A stretch of DNA of 64,000 bases, taken from IMG/VR virus record IMGVR_UViG_3300045988_127881. One strand, 5' to 3'. The translations under genes and the position numbers were made by a program. Positions within the stretch are counted from its first letter, which is position 1. Every line of letters begins with the position of its first letter. Positions 1 to 8,879 of this stretch are shown piece after piece. The notes beneath the pieces are model-generated. The model did no database searches and had not been told where the DNA came from. It was given only the letters and a program-made list of their open reading frames with translations. This DNA is from a virus.

Positions 1-2229
1 CACCTTTGACAGGAAGTTCAGATAGCCATATCGCGAAATTTGGTTCAACAGAATAGTGCTTGAAGTCCCTTCGCCTGTCGACGCGTCCATCATTGTTGGC
101 AACTGCCCGACACTTCTGTTGACGCTTACAGCCTTCTTGTCATCTTGCAATGATATTTCTACCAGGGGTATCAGACTGTCTTCTGACTCTGTTATCTTCA
201 AATTGCTTATAAATATACTCGACGCGATACCTAAATCCGAAGCTTCGTCAATCTCCATTCTGTCGCCCTCTTTTATGTTTGTGTAGATACTTTTCGCGCC
301 TAAACTTACATTCGCATCATGCTGCCTGGCTATCCACAAATTATCTACCACTGGTGTATACGAGAATTTTGTCTTGTCGTTCTCCTTTAGGTAGAGCAAC
401 GCGTATTTGAGCAAGCGTTGCGAAGCTGCCTTATAGTACACGTCGGGCATCTTGATATTCAGTATCACAAACTCGTCGCCACCTGCTATCGGACTTTGAG
501 AGTTCGGATATAGAATATTCAAATCGTTGTCCGATTTCCTTATTATCGTCAGCTTGTACTTGTTGCCATCTCGTATGCAGTTTTTTATGTCAAATGTACG
601 GCCAACACACTTCCCACTTTTCAAATAGATGTTTGGCGTTTCCGAACCCGTGCGGTAGTCCCAAATATTAAAGCCTAAGTCCTTTATCCACACAAAGGTT
701 TCTGAAGCTTGCCCTGTATTATAGTCGCTGTCGCCGTTGTCCTCTATTTTTGACGCGTTGGCAACTTGGTTTAACTTGCCGTTGTCGCCATCGTCCAATA
801 CAGGATATATGCCAGCCTTGTTCAAATCTTCTACCGTCATATCCTCTATTGACGGATAAACGTTGTAGTCGGTCACTTCGTTGTCAGTGCCATCAATGTA
901 CACACTGCCCTCTCTAAGACCAGCTATCTTCTTTTGAGGGCTTTCTATGTACACGTCATTGCTCGTCACTATAAGTTTGTAGCCCTCATAAGCCTTGTCC
1001 ACATAACCGCAGTCTGTCTCTCCAACACCATTCGGAAACCCTGGGAGCATAAGCCTCGTGATTGCCATGTTATTTGGATAATTGGCCGATGTTATTTCGC
1101 CCTTGTGGTTTTTTACTATATAGTTGTAGTTCAAGGTTGAAGTACCTCCGAATGACAAGGTGACTCTCCCTCCCGACTTGTATTTTAGCATGTAGTCATA
1201 GAAACTCTTGTCTCTTACAGCATAACTATAAGTTTTCTTTCCATCGTTCTCTGATGCGAATACGGTGGCATATACCACTTTGTTTCCATCGTAGGTTATC
1301 GAAAGTATAGGGTTCGCATATCTGTCAAACTGCATCATATCCTCATTTCGAGGAGCATGCTTAACATTACAACTATATGACAATCCGTCTTGTGCCCATT
1401 TGTCGTGTAATGTTATCTTTATTACATTATTATACTCAAAAAATAATAGCTCAATATCCGTCGGAACTACATACTCTCGCATTATTTTCATGCACAGGTA
1501 TTTGTAGTAGTTTGTTGGCACATTGGTAGTGTTACCAAAAGCACGCAAACGGGTTATTACTTTCTGATTGGTGTCGGAAGTGCGAGTTATCGACAACAAC
1601 CCACGGCCTATGCCACAACTGAACACATGGTCTATATTATTTGACGTAGTGCCTATCGTGACTGTCCTGCCGCGGATAATGAAATTTGTCTTGAAAGTGG
1701 TGTTTACAAGCAACAGCGCGTCCCAAACGGACTGATTGCTGATACTTATTTGTATGTCCTTGCGAGAATCTTCATAGGTCTTGTCTATCTGGATAGTCCA
1801 CACATTCTCACCATAAACCCTGTCAAGGTTGGCTTGTATTCTCTCTGCAAGGTTCTTTACCCCCTCGCAGTAAAACGAAAAGGTGGGGAGCGCGGTCCAG
1901 TGTATGTTGTTGTCCTTCTTCACCACGTCAAGGAAGTCGCATCTCACAAGCTCGTCTGACACGGACATGAACTGCACGTTTTCATACGCAAAGGCATTCT
2001 TTGAACCGTTCCTCGAGCATTGCTTCTTCGACGATGGCAACACGTTGAGATAAAAACGTTCAAGTCGGTAATCTATATAATCACCGATTTCAAAATTTAT
2101 AGGCGCATGGCTCTCAAACGTGATAGTCAAGGAGCAGCTGCCCATGTATTCGCCGTTGTATTCAACTCTCTTGGTAGTCGCCTTTACCGTCTTGCCGTCA
2201 GAGCTGTATACCTTCCACTCTCTTGTCAT
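1..2229 (-). CDS. Tail-associated / baseplate hub protein (Tal-like), 3' end cut by window edge
   Basis: Own minus-strand translation. ATG at 2229 (ATGA overlap with the stop of 2226..2747) stays open 743 codons to position 1 (MTREWKVYSSDGKTVKATTKRVEYNGEYMG...). Missing from the ORF track because there is no stop in the window. Follows the Dit-like gene. Confidence 0.5.
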   Translation of the reverse strand, partial: MTREWKVYSSDGKTVKATTKRVEYNGEYMGSCSLTITFESHAPINFEIGDYIDYRLERFYLNVLPSSKKQCSRNGSKNAFAYENVQFMSVSDELVRCDFLDVVKKDNNIHWTALPTFSFYCEGVKNLAERIQANLDRVYGENVWTIQIDKTYEDSRKDIQISISNQSVWDALLLVNTTFKTNFIIRGRTVTIGTTSNNIDHVFSCGIGRGLLSITRTSDTNQKVITRLRAFGNTTNVPTNYYKYLCMKIMREYVVPTDIELLFFEYNNVIKITLHDKWAQDGLSYSCNVKHAPRNEDMMQFDRYANPILSITYDGNKVVYATVFASENDGKKTYSYAVRDKSFYDYMLKYKSGGRVTLSFGGTSTLNYNYIVKNHKGEITSANYPNNMAITRLMLPGFPNGVGETDCGYVDKAYEGYKLIVTSNDVYIESPQKKIAGLREGSVYIDGTDNEVTDYNVYPSIEDMTVEDLNKAGIYPVLDDGDNGKLNQVANASKIEDNGDSDYNTGQASETFVWIKDLGFNIWDYRTGSETPNIYLKSGKCVGRTFDIKNCIRDGNKYKLTIIRKSDNDLNILYPNSQSPIAGGDEFVILNIKMPDVYYKAASQRLLKYALLYLKENDKTKFSYTPVVDNLWIARQHDANVSLGAKSIYTNIKEGDRMEIDEASDLGIASSIFISNLKITESEDSLIPLVEISLQDDKKAVSVNRSVGQLPTMMDASTGEGTSSTILLNQISRYGYLNFLSKV

Positions 2230-2747
2230 ATCTTGTCTGTGATTATATTGTTGCCCTTGTCGTCTGTTATCAGATTGCCGTTCTCGTCTACAATATAGGT
2301 GTAGAAGTCCTCGTACATTCTCTCATACTTGGTCAAGTGGAACTTCAACGTGTATTCTACAATATCTCCAGCCACAGGGTCTGAAAACGTGTCTATATCT
2401 GAAATGCCCATGAAATAGCAAGCACCCCAACCTTCTTCCGCATAAGAGCAATAGACTGCAAGAAAGCCGCTGCGCAGATAATTCAAAAGTTGTATCTCCG
2501 TGTTTGTCCATGAGCCTTCCGTGCCTTTGTAGCACAATTTGACCTCAAAATCCGCGCCTCCGAAATGCAAACCGTCGGTGGGTATGTATACGTCCTCTCC
2601 TTCGGTGTCTTTCCACTCGTTTTTAGGCAGCTCTTTCGTCTCCCACGATGGCATAGTCACCTCCAAAACGCCAGAACTGAAGTTCTTGGCGAGGCTCTTC
2701 CGTATTTTCTTGGTGTTTACCACCAACAGGTCGTATTTCGCAGTCAT
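2226..2747 (-). CDS. Distal tail protein (Dit-like), putative
   Basis: ORF track, 173 aa. NEWKDTEGEDVYIPTDG pattern and size are reminiscent of siphovirus Dit. Translationally coupled to the large tail ORF downstream. Confidence 0.4.
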   Translation of the reverse strand: MTAKYDLLVVNTKKIRKSLAKNFSSGVLEVTMPSWETKELPKNEWKDTEGEDVYIPTDGLHFGGADFEVKLCYKGTEGSWTNTEIQLLNYLRSGFLAVYCSYAEEGWGACYFMGISDIDTFSDPVAGDIVEYTLKFHLTKYERMYEDFYTYIVDENGNLITDDKGNNIITDKI

Positions 2748-2823
2748 ATCATTCTCTTTTTACGCAAAATGCCCGATTTGGTGGCACTTCTGTTTCACCA
2801 AAACGGACATCTTAACCACTTTG

Positions 2824-2831
2824 CAAATATA
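2824..2831 (-). promoter_or_regulatory. -7 box TATATTTG upstream of the Dit-like gene
   Basis: Plus strand reads CAAATATA, which is TAnnTTTG on the minus strand, 77 nt upstream of the ATG at 2747. No clean -33 TTTG at the expected spacing. Confidence 0.35.
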
Positions 2832-2867
2832 CAAATTACATTGAATATATGCAATCAGACGGAATAA

Positions 2868-3311
2868 TTATACATTCTCAGAAATCTCCTCGTTGACTTC
2901 TTCTTTCGTCTTTACTTCGTCAATTATTTTCTTGTTCTCTTCGTCAGTGACTTCCTCTGACTCTCTTGTTTTCATGTAGTGGTCCACAATCTTCAAGATG
3001 TCTTCTGTAACGTCTGCATCAACAATGTTTGAAGCACAATAAACCGATGTCACAAAGGCTACTGCGGCATTTAAGTCATCTTCGGTACGTCCCTCACCGA
3101 ACACGCATGAGTACAACAGGGTGTGTCCCATCGTGCCAGGAGCATAGCCTATATACCACTGCTTCGACACGGCATATACGGTGATGACACCCGTCTCTTC
3201 GTCAAGCATGTACAGGAAATTGTCAATCTGCACGTTCTTAACCTCTTTCTTCTCGGCATTTGCTGCCTCATTCTTCTCGGCATTTACTGCCTCGTTCTTT
3301 TCTTCTGTCAT
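2868..3311 (-). CDS. Hypothetical acidic protein (147 aa) with N-terminal EKNEA-NA repeat
   Basis: ORF track. Lies 28 nt downstream of the primase gene on the same strand. Confidence 0.6.
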   Translation of the reverse strand: MTEEKNEAVNAEKNEAANAEKKEVKNVQIDNFLYMLDEETGVITVYAVSKQWYIGYAPGTMGHTLLYSCVFGEGRTEDDLNAAVAFVTSVYCASNIVDADVTEDILKIVDHYMKTRESEEVTDEENKKIIDEVKTKEEVNEEISENV

Positions 3312-3338
3312 TTCTTCTTTATTTTATAGTTAAACAAA

Positions 3339-4820
3339 TCATACACCATCGCCTGCGACATCTTCAAATTCTGCGTCATCTTGCAGCTTCCATGCCTCCA
3401 GTGACAGCTCATTGGCTGTATAGGCTTCCACCTCTTCGCTGAAGCCGTACACCTTGTATTCTATCCCTGTCGCTGACCTCCTTCTGTTCTGGCCGCCAAA
3501 GCCCAGCCTTGTCATGGCCCTGCCAAAGGCAACTTGCGTCACGTCCTCAAAACTATTCTCATTGCAGAATATTTCAAGGCTCTTTCTCATTGCGGCAGAG
3601 GCAACCCATCTCGGACGCTCGCCCTCAGCTCTCGGTGATGATGAAAGATGAAGGTGCATGACCCAGGCCAAAAGTGGGTTGCTCATACCGATGGACATCA
3701 ATTTCTGACGCTCGCCGTTCTCACTCCTCGGGAACTTGTAGCCATGAAGCTTCAAATATCTGCCACCCCTCACTATCCAGTTCAGTATGCCAGGGTATTC
3801 TTCTTTCAGTTCCTCACCAAGGCTCTTGTTCTGCAAATGCTCTGGTATCGTCTCATTGAATATCAAATACAGGAAACGTCTGAAAAAGCCATAGCTCTTG
3901 TCACTCGTCACTGGCAGATTGTTGAAGTTGAATATCTGCCATGGCACATTGGTTATTGTGAACACATTGCCCCTCAAAAATCTCGCGTGCTGCTCCTCGC
4001 CACTAATATAGCTCTTGAAAGCAGCCTCCTTGCCAAACAGTTCCCTCTCACTTACCTCACCACTGTAATTTATATATTTGCCCACAAGCTGGCACCTGGC
4101 ACGCATGCCCTCATCACCATCTTTCAATATCGCACCAATACCCATGGTACTGATATTTTCCGCACCATAAACACCACGCACTACATCGTTTATCACGCTC
4201 TTGCCATTAGAACCATTGCCATACAAGGCCAAACAGTTCTCCACCTTAGCACCCATCTCACGCCTGTTCATGGTCGTCAAGCCCAAAAACATCTGCAACA
4301 ACAACCTGCTGTTCTTCTCTGGCAACACCTGCTTCAAAAAACTCTTCCACAACGGACAATCTGCCTTTGGGTCAAAATCGTAGTCGTGCAAATAAACCAC
4401 GTCCCACTGCTTGCCAAAAGGACGTATGTCACCCGTCGTCATGTCTACAACACCATTGCGGAAAGCACGTATGTTGAACCTCGGGTGCAACTCTCGCTCC
4501 ATCTTTACAGCCAAACGTACCTGCTCACGCAACATGCCCATCTTCGAGCGGACACCTGCATGGACACTCATGCGCTCTGTCAACTTCACCAAACTCCAAT
4601 ACAACAAGTCTGAATCCACTGGCTCGTATATCTTGCCGTTAAAACAATAATAACGACCACCAAACCACGCAAACATACTGTGAGCATACGTCTGGTATAT
4701 CTCAAAACCTAACATGGCAGCACGAGCGGCGTAATTCTCACTCGCAGAACATGCTAACTCCCACCTCGGAGCATCACTGTTCTCTACCAAGTCTATCAAC
4801 AACATTTCTCTATCTATCAT
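3339..4820 (-). CDS. Phage/plasmid primase, P4 family / D5-like NTPase
   Basis: 493 aa. Walker A LYGNGSNGKS. Overall layout matches the P4-primase C-terminal / D5 helicase family. Confidence 0.8.
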   Translation of the reverse strand: MIDREMLLIDLVENSDAPRWELACSASENYAARAAMLGFEIYQTYAHSMFAWFGGRYYCFNGKIYEPVDSDLLYWSLVKLTERMSVHAGVRSKMGMLREQVRLAVKMERELHPRFNIRAFRNGVVDMTTGDIRPFGKQWDVVYLHDYDFDPKADCPLWKSFLKQVLPEKNSRLLLQMFLGLTTMNRREMGAKVENCLALYGNGSNGKSVINDVVRGVYGAENISTMGIGAILKDGDEGMRARCQLVGKYINYSGEVSERELFGKEAAFKSYISGEEQHARFLRGNVFTITNVPWQIFNFNNLPVTSDKSYGFFRRFLYLIFNETIPEHLQNKSLGEELKEEYPGILNWIVRGGRYLKLHGYKFPRSENGERQKLMSIGMSNPLLAWVMHLHLSSSPRAEGERPRWVASAAMRKSLEIFCNENSFEDVTQVAFGRAMTRLGFGGQNRRRSATGIEYKVYGFSEEVEAYTANELSLEAWKLQDDAEFEDVAGDGV

Positions 4821-5087
4821 ACGTTAAATCCTTTAACATATCAACTTTTCTGCCAAAACAGCTGACAAATACCGATTTTTCGAGCTTTTTCTGCCTCCAA
4901 AAAACACCATTTTTCAACCATCTCGCAATTATTCAAAATGGAACACTTCTGCCAACATTGTTCGGAATTTCGGAACACTTTGACACTCAAATTATTCCCA
5001 TTTCCGCACTGAATGTTTAATAGTACCCACCCCGTTAATACCTCGCACTTTCCTTGCAAGCCAAAATATAACTCATGGATAACTATG

Positions 5088-5095
5088 CAAATATA
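5088..5095 (-). promoter_or_regulatory. Candidate -7 box TATATTTG for the primase operon
   Basis: Plus strand reads CAAATATA. About 270 nt upstream of the primase ATG. Confidence 0.3.
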
Positions 5096-5572
5096 CATAT
5101 TTTATTCAAAACGCCCAAATATCAATGATTTAGAGTTTTTGACATATACACTAAAACATACACTAATATGCTCCTCAACTTACATTTCGTTGTTTTTTAC
5201 TATGAGTGTACCTTTTTATAAAATGAACGATTTACCCGAAAATCAAGAAAACACAAAACACAAGAAAAAATAGAAATATATAAGGTACGAAAAATTAAAA
5301 AAAATAGACGGGAGGTGACCATTCTTTCGATATTTCCGCACAAAAGGGGGTTGTACGGGGTATTTTGCTATGTTTTATCCCGTTTTGAATTGTCGTAACA
5401 CCTTGGAAGTCAGATATTTGCTATATTATACGCATAATATAGCGCAAAGCGCACTTTGTCGCTTGTGGAGGGCCGCAAATGTCAGTGACAGACAAACACA
5501 AAGCACACCAACAAACAACACGACACGCCCAAAACACGGCTAAAATACACGTGTCTTTGTGCTTGTGCTTTC

Positions 5573-5630
5573 CTCTCTTTGTCTGTCTGTCTCTTTGTCT
5601 CTTTGTCTCTTTGTCTCTTTGTCTGTCTGT
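5573..5630. repeat. 8-bp tandem repeat GTCT(C/G)T(T/C)T, about 7 units
   Basis: Units are in register from 5581 to 5628: GTCTGTCT, GTCTCTTT x4, GTCTGTCT. Part of an imperfect inverted repeat with 5487..5506. Confidence 0.9.
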
Positions 5631-5740
5631 TTTTCCTTTCGTACCCGTCCCGTTTTGCCTGAATGCACGTGTTAACAACCAGTTAAATTCATACATAGAA
5701 CGTTAAATGCAAGGATGTAGGGAAATTAGTTGCTTGTTTA

Positions 5741-5772
5741 TTTGGTTGTATATTTATTTAGTTGTATCTTTG
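5741..5772 (+). promoter_or_regulatory. Bacteroidota-type promoter for the plus-strand small-gene block
   Basis: -33 TTTG at 5741..5744 and -7 TATCTTTG at 5765..5772, 20 nt apart. Confidence 0.5.
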
Positions 5773-5835
5773 TAATACAAAATAAGGGTTGAGGCGTCAA
5801 CCGCTGCAAAGTATTGCAGTCTTGGGAGTAAAAAA

Positions 5836-5867
5836 GTGCCTTTGGTGGTTGCCGCCACCAAAGGCAC
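5836..5867 (+). other. 13-bp perfect hairpin in the 5' leader
   Basis: GTGCCTTTGGTGG / CCACCAAAGGCAC. Two smaller hairpins lie upstream at 5786..5801 and 5803..5818. No U-tract. Confidence 0.7.
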
Positions 5868-5965
5868 GGAAAACTACCGAATCGGCAGCGTATTAGCATA
5901 CGCGTGCAAAGGTAGTATTTATTTCCGAATCTTTGATATTATTAATAACTAAATACTACAAGATC

Positions 5966-6484
5966 ATGGATAATGTAAAGACTTTAGGCGCTCTCAAGAG
6001 AGGTGCAATAACCGAGTTAAACGAATTTTTTGCAAAACCTACAGAAGTATTTAAGGCGCTCCGAGAGATAGCAAAAGATAAAGAGTCTAATTTGTACGCG
6101 ATTCTTTGCGAGTTAGGCGTAAAACCCTCTAAAATCGGTTTTAATTCGTTTGGTAGGTTTTGCGTCTCATTCGGCGGAAACGCTGAGATAGTTTGCGAAG
6201 CAATAAAACGCACGAATGGTATAACATACAAAAGCTATACTATATGTGACAGACAACCAAAAAAGTATATTGATTTACTCGTGCAATTACTCAAAGAAAA
6301 GAGAAAGCGAGAAAGCTATGCTACAAGGTGGCAAAAACACTTTGAGGCACGCGCCGCAAAGGAAGACAAAGCGAACGAAAAGCGTGTAAAAGCACTTGAA
6401 AAAATGGTGTCTGAACTCGTAAAATGCGGTTTGCCCGCTGAAATTGCAAGGGCGAACGCTGTAAACATTTTGAAAATCGCCTGA
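5966..6484 (+). CDS. Hypothetical protein (172 aa)
   Basis: ORF track 5933..6484 uses a TTG start. First ATG is at 5966 (MDNVKTLGALKRG...). Confidence 0.6.
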   Translation: MDNVKTLGALKRGAITELNEFFAKPTEVFKALREIAKDKESNLYAILCELGVKPSKIGFNSFGRFCVSFGGNAEIVCEAIKRTNGITYKSYTICDRQPKKYIDLLVQLLKEKRKRESYATRWQKHFEARAAKEDKANEKRVKALEKMVSELVKCGLPAEIARANAVNILKIA

Positions 6485-6489
6485 ACTTG

Positions 6490-6521
6490 TAGACCTCCCA
6501 AAAATGGGAGGTCTATTTTTT
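6490..6521 (+). terminator. Intrinsic terminator
   Basis: TAGACCTCCCA-AAAA-TGGGAGGTCTA followed by T6. Confidence 0.75.
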
Positions 6522-6522
6522 G

Positions 6523-7237
6523 CCCTTTATGGTACACGGATTCCGTTCGATTCGGAGTAAGGGCACAACATATTTAAGCACTTACAAAGTGCTTAAAGGC
6601 GTGCAAAATGCACGCTGCACGACTACAAACCGCGATTTGTTGGCAGTTGGCCGCGTTGGCTGATAACTTACAAAGTGCGTGCAAAGTGGGACAAATAGCC
6701 GCGTTGGCTACCTACTTATGCACAACCTTTGGCAAATTGTATGGAGGTTGTACGGCAAATTCGCTCTTTGACTTATTGGACAAAAAAATATTGGTTTGCC
6801 TGTAATGTATACAGGCGTGCACGCACTCGCTTAAATAGTTCGGGGTGCGTGCCGAATCCTCGTAACTATTCGCGTGCTATTTTAGTGCGTTGCCGGCCGT
6901 TTTAAATAGGTTGAATCTAAATACATTAATTACGGACGCATCCGTGATTGATTCGGGTAATTTTGACGGCTTTATACCTTCCTATTTTGTACACAAAATC
7001 CGAAAGGAACAAAAGTGCACGCGCCCAGTTTGGGCCGTATGGTAAAAATAGGGCAAAACTTTTCCCTCGTGTAGGGGTTTTTGGCCGTGCCTTTATGGCA
7101 AGGAACGGACAAACAGCGGAAATACAAAGAGAAACGAGTAATTTTTTTTTGGTGGAATGGTTAACCACCTGACGTAACACGTACGCACGCGAAAATTCGT
7201 GTGTACGTGCAAGTATTAACCAATAAAAAATAAAAAT
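6523..7237. other. 715-bp non-coding, hairpin- and repeat-rich region (ncRNA or iteron/origin candidate)
   Basis: Only implausible ORFs. Duplicated 12-13-mers (6580/6666, 6650/6698), GCGTGCAAA x3, and at least 8 hairpins. Confidence 0.6.
7216..7237 (+). promoter_or_regulatory. Array leader motif, degenerate copy
   Basis: TTAACCAATAAAAAATAAAAAT directly before the ATG at 7238. Confidence 0.6.
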
Positions 7238-7477
7238 ATGTCTTTTTGGTGTTATGACAAAAAAGCAATTTCTTGTATGCGTGAAAACGCAAACAAGATA
7301 GAATTTATTTTGCTGCCTCTTGGCGGCAACTTTGACAGCCATGTTAACAACGTTATTACTAACGTTGAGAATTTTGGCTGCACATACGACAGCACAAACG
7401 AAATTTTAGAGGACTTCGTTTGGGAAGCAAAGAGATACGTTGAGTATGTTATTAAAACGTACTACAAAAACGTATAA
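7238..7477 (+). CDS. Hypothetical small protein (79 aa)
   Basis: ORF track. Leader motif upstream and hairpin downstream. Confidence 0.6.
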   Translation: MSFWCYDKKAISCMRENANKIEFILLPLGGNFDSHVNNVITNVENFGCTYDSTNEILEDFVWEAKRYVEYVIKTYYKNV

Positions 7478-7481
7478 CGAT

Positions 7482-7542
7482 GACGCAAGCAATTTGTTTT
7501 GCTTGCGTCAACTTTATTATCAACCCTATAAAACCAATAAAA
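7482..7542 (+). promoter_or_regulatory. Inter-cassette unit: hairpin plus leader motif
   Basis: Hairpin 7482..7509 (GACGCAAGCAA/TTGCTTGCGTC). Leader 7518..7542 TATCAACCCTATAAAACCAATAAAA. Confidence 0.8.
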
Positions 7543-7812
7543 ATGAAAGCTATTGAACTGTTGAAAAGAGTCACAAAACACGATTCGGAATGTCATGTTT
7601 GCTATATCTATGATATGGCAGATATGGATGTAGTAAGCGGAACTTTTGACAAAAAAGCTGAATATTTACTCACAGAAAAACCATTCCGTGATGCTTTTGG
7701 CATACATGTGACTTCAGATTGCGCCTTATACGGCGCAATTTACAGCGAAACGCTGTGCGCTCCCAAAGAGCCAGAGAATAAACTATGGTTTGCGTACATC
7801 ATTGAGGACTAA
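7543..7812 (+). CDS. Hypothetical small protein (89 aa)
   Basis: Track ORF 7480..7812 runs through the hairpin and leader. ATG at 7543 follows the leader motif (MKAIELLKRV...). Confidence 0.6.
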   Translation: MKAIELLKRVTKHDSECHVCYIYDMADMDVVSGTFDKKAEYLLTEKPFRDAFGIHVTSDCALYGAIYSETLCAPKEPENKLWFAYIIED

Positions 7813-7817
7813 AAGGT

Positions 7818-7868
7818 ATTCGGGTGTTTGACGCGCCCGAATGCTACGAAAACCAAAAAACCAATGAT
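7818..7868 (+). promoter_or_regulatory. Inter-cassette unit: hairpin plus leader motif
   Basis: Hairpin 7818..7842 (ATTCGGG/CCCGAAT). Leader 7848..7868 GAAAACCAAAAAACCAATGAT. Confidence 0.7.
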
Positions 7869-8018
7869 ATGAAAGATTTAGTACTTCTTATTTCTGTAAT
7901 AGCATTTGCAATCAGTTTGTTATGCTGTAATTTCCTCGCCATTGTGGCAAGTTTAATCCCGTTTTTCAGTGCCTTCATACCAGAGTTGTATGATGGCGCA
8001 AAAGAGGAAATGCCGTAA
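7869..8018 (+). CDS. Small membrane protein (49 aa)
   Basis: ATG at 7869 after the leader. MKDLVLLISVIAFAISLLCCNFLAIVASLIPFF is hydrophobic. Confidence 0.5.
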   Translation: MKDLVLLISVIAFAISLLCCNFLAIVASLIPFFSAFIPELYDGAKEEMP

Positions 8019-8020
8019 TT

Positions 8021-8082
8021 CTATCGCCTGCAATTTGGTTTGTAGGCGATAGCTTTTTATCAACCCTATAAAACCAATAAAA
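8021..8082 (+). promoter_or_regulatory. Inter-cassette unit: hairpin plus leader motif
   Basis: Hairpin 8021..8052. Leader 8058..8082 is identical to 7518..7542, and identity continues into the first codons. Confidence 0.8.
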
Positions 8083-8505
8083 ATGAAAGCTACATTAAAA
8101 TTCAGTTTCGGCAATGTTGTAATGTCTTCACGCTTAGTTGATGGCGATTATCAATTTAATGGAGACGACTCCCGATTTAACCATCACTACCGCTTTCAGG
8201 TAAGAATCCAATTTAATGAGAATGTAAGATATTTCTCTTATTGGACCTCATTCGAGGACTGGAGAAACGGGAAAGAACAACTTGACGAGTCCGACTACAT
8301 GAACGCATTAAATTGCGTATTGTCGGACTCATACGCTGCACAGTGTTCATTTAAGGACTTTTGCAGCGAGTTCGGTTATAGTGATGATAGCATCAAAGCC
8401 TTGAAAACATACAAGGAATGTAAGCGAAATGCTGAAAGACTTAATAAACTATTCAGCGGTTTGGATTTATTGTCGGTCCAAAACGAACTCGAAGAAATGA
8501 TGTAA
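8083..8505 (+). CDS. Hypothetical protein (140 aa)
   Basis: ORF track. Leader motif directly upstream. Confidence 0.65.
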   Translation: MKATLKFSFGNVVMSSRLVDGDYQFNGDDSRFNHHYRFQVRIQFNENVRYFSYWTSFEDWRNGKEQLDESDYMNALNCVLSDSYAAQCSFKDFCSEFGYSDDSIKALKTYKECKRNAERLNKLFSGLDLLSVQNELEEMM

Positions 8506-8509
8506 AAAA

Positions 8510-8568
8510 CCGACACACCTCTTGCAAGGTGTGTCGGTACATTGTTTAACCCACTTAAAACCAATAAG
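8510..8568 (+). promoter_or_regulatory. Inter-cassette unit: hairpin plus leader motif
   Basis: Hairpin 8510..8537 (CCGACACACCT/AGGTGTGTCGG). Leader 8545..8568 TTTAACCCACTTAAAACCAATAAG. Confidence 0.8.
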
Positions 8569-8814
8569 ATGAAGATTTTCAGTGAACAAAGTTTGCGCCA
8601 TTTCGATTTTTGGGGTGGTGCTCAGGAAAATGCAAATGAATTGTCATGGGAACAATTCGACAACCTTGAATCAATTCTCGAAGATGCCTATCCCGATGGC
8701 ATTGACGCAACCGACTTGAATGACATGATGTGGTTCGAGTTCGACACCATCAAAGAATGGTTAGGAATCGAGGACGAAGAAGACGAGGACGAAGAAGACG
8801 AAGAAGAAGACTAA
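8569..8814 (+). CDS. Small acidic protein with poly-E/D tail (81 aa)
   Basis: ATG at 8569 after the leader. Ends in GIEDEEDEDEEDEEED. Confidence 0.65.
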   Translation: MKIFSEQSLRHFDFWGGAQENANELSWEQFDNLESILEDAYPDGIDATDLNDMMWFEFDTIKEWLGIEDEEDEDEEDEEED

Positions 8815-8817
8815 AAA

Positions 8818-8879
8818 CAGGGTGCGCATTGTCGAAAGTGCGCACCCTGCAATTTATAAACCAATTAAAACCAAATATT
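8818..8879 (+). promoter_or_regulatory. Inter-cassette unit: hairpin plus leader motif
   Basis: Hairpin 8818..8849 (CAGGGTGCGCA/TGCGCACCCTG, loop contains ATTGTCG). Leader 8855..8879. Confidence 0.8.

Noticed and set aside
4841-5098. 85-aa minus-strand ORF upstream of the primase gene.
   Set aside because: It is Cys/Trp-rich with implausible composition in an AT-rich promoter region, and has no coupling to neighbours.
5421-5706. ORFs 5421..5696 (minus) and 5479..5706 (plus).
   Set aside because: They lie entirely in the tandem and inverted repeat tract and translate to low-complexity peptides (SLCLFVSLSL...). Treated as non-coding.
6608-7342. ORFs 6608..6805, 6948..7172 (plus) and 6926..7342 (minus).
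   Set aside because: They have no leader motif, odd composition and overlapping hairpins. The region is treated as non-coding.
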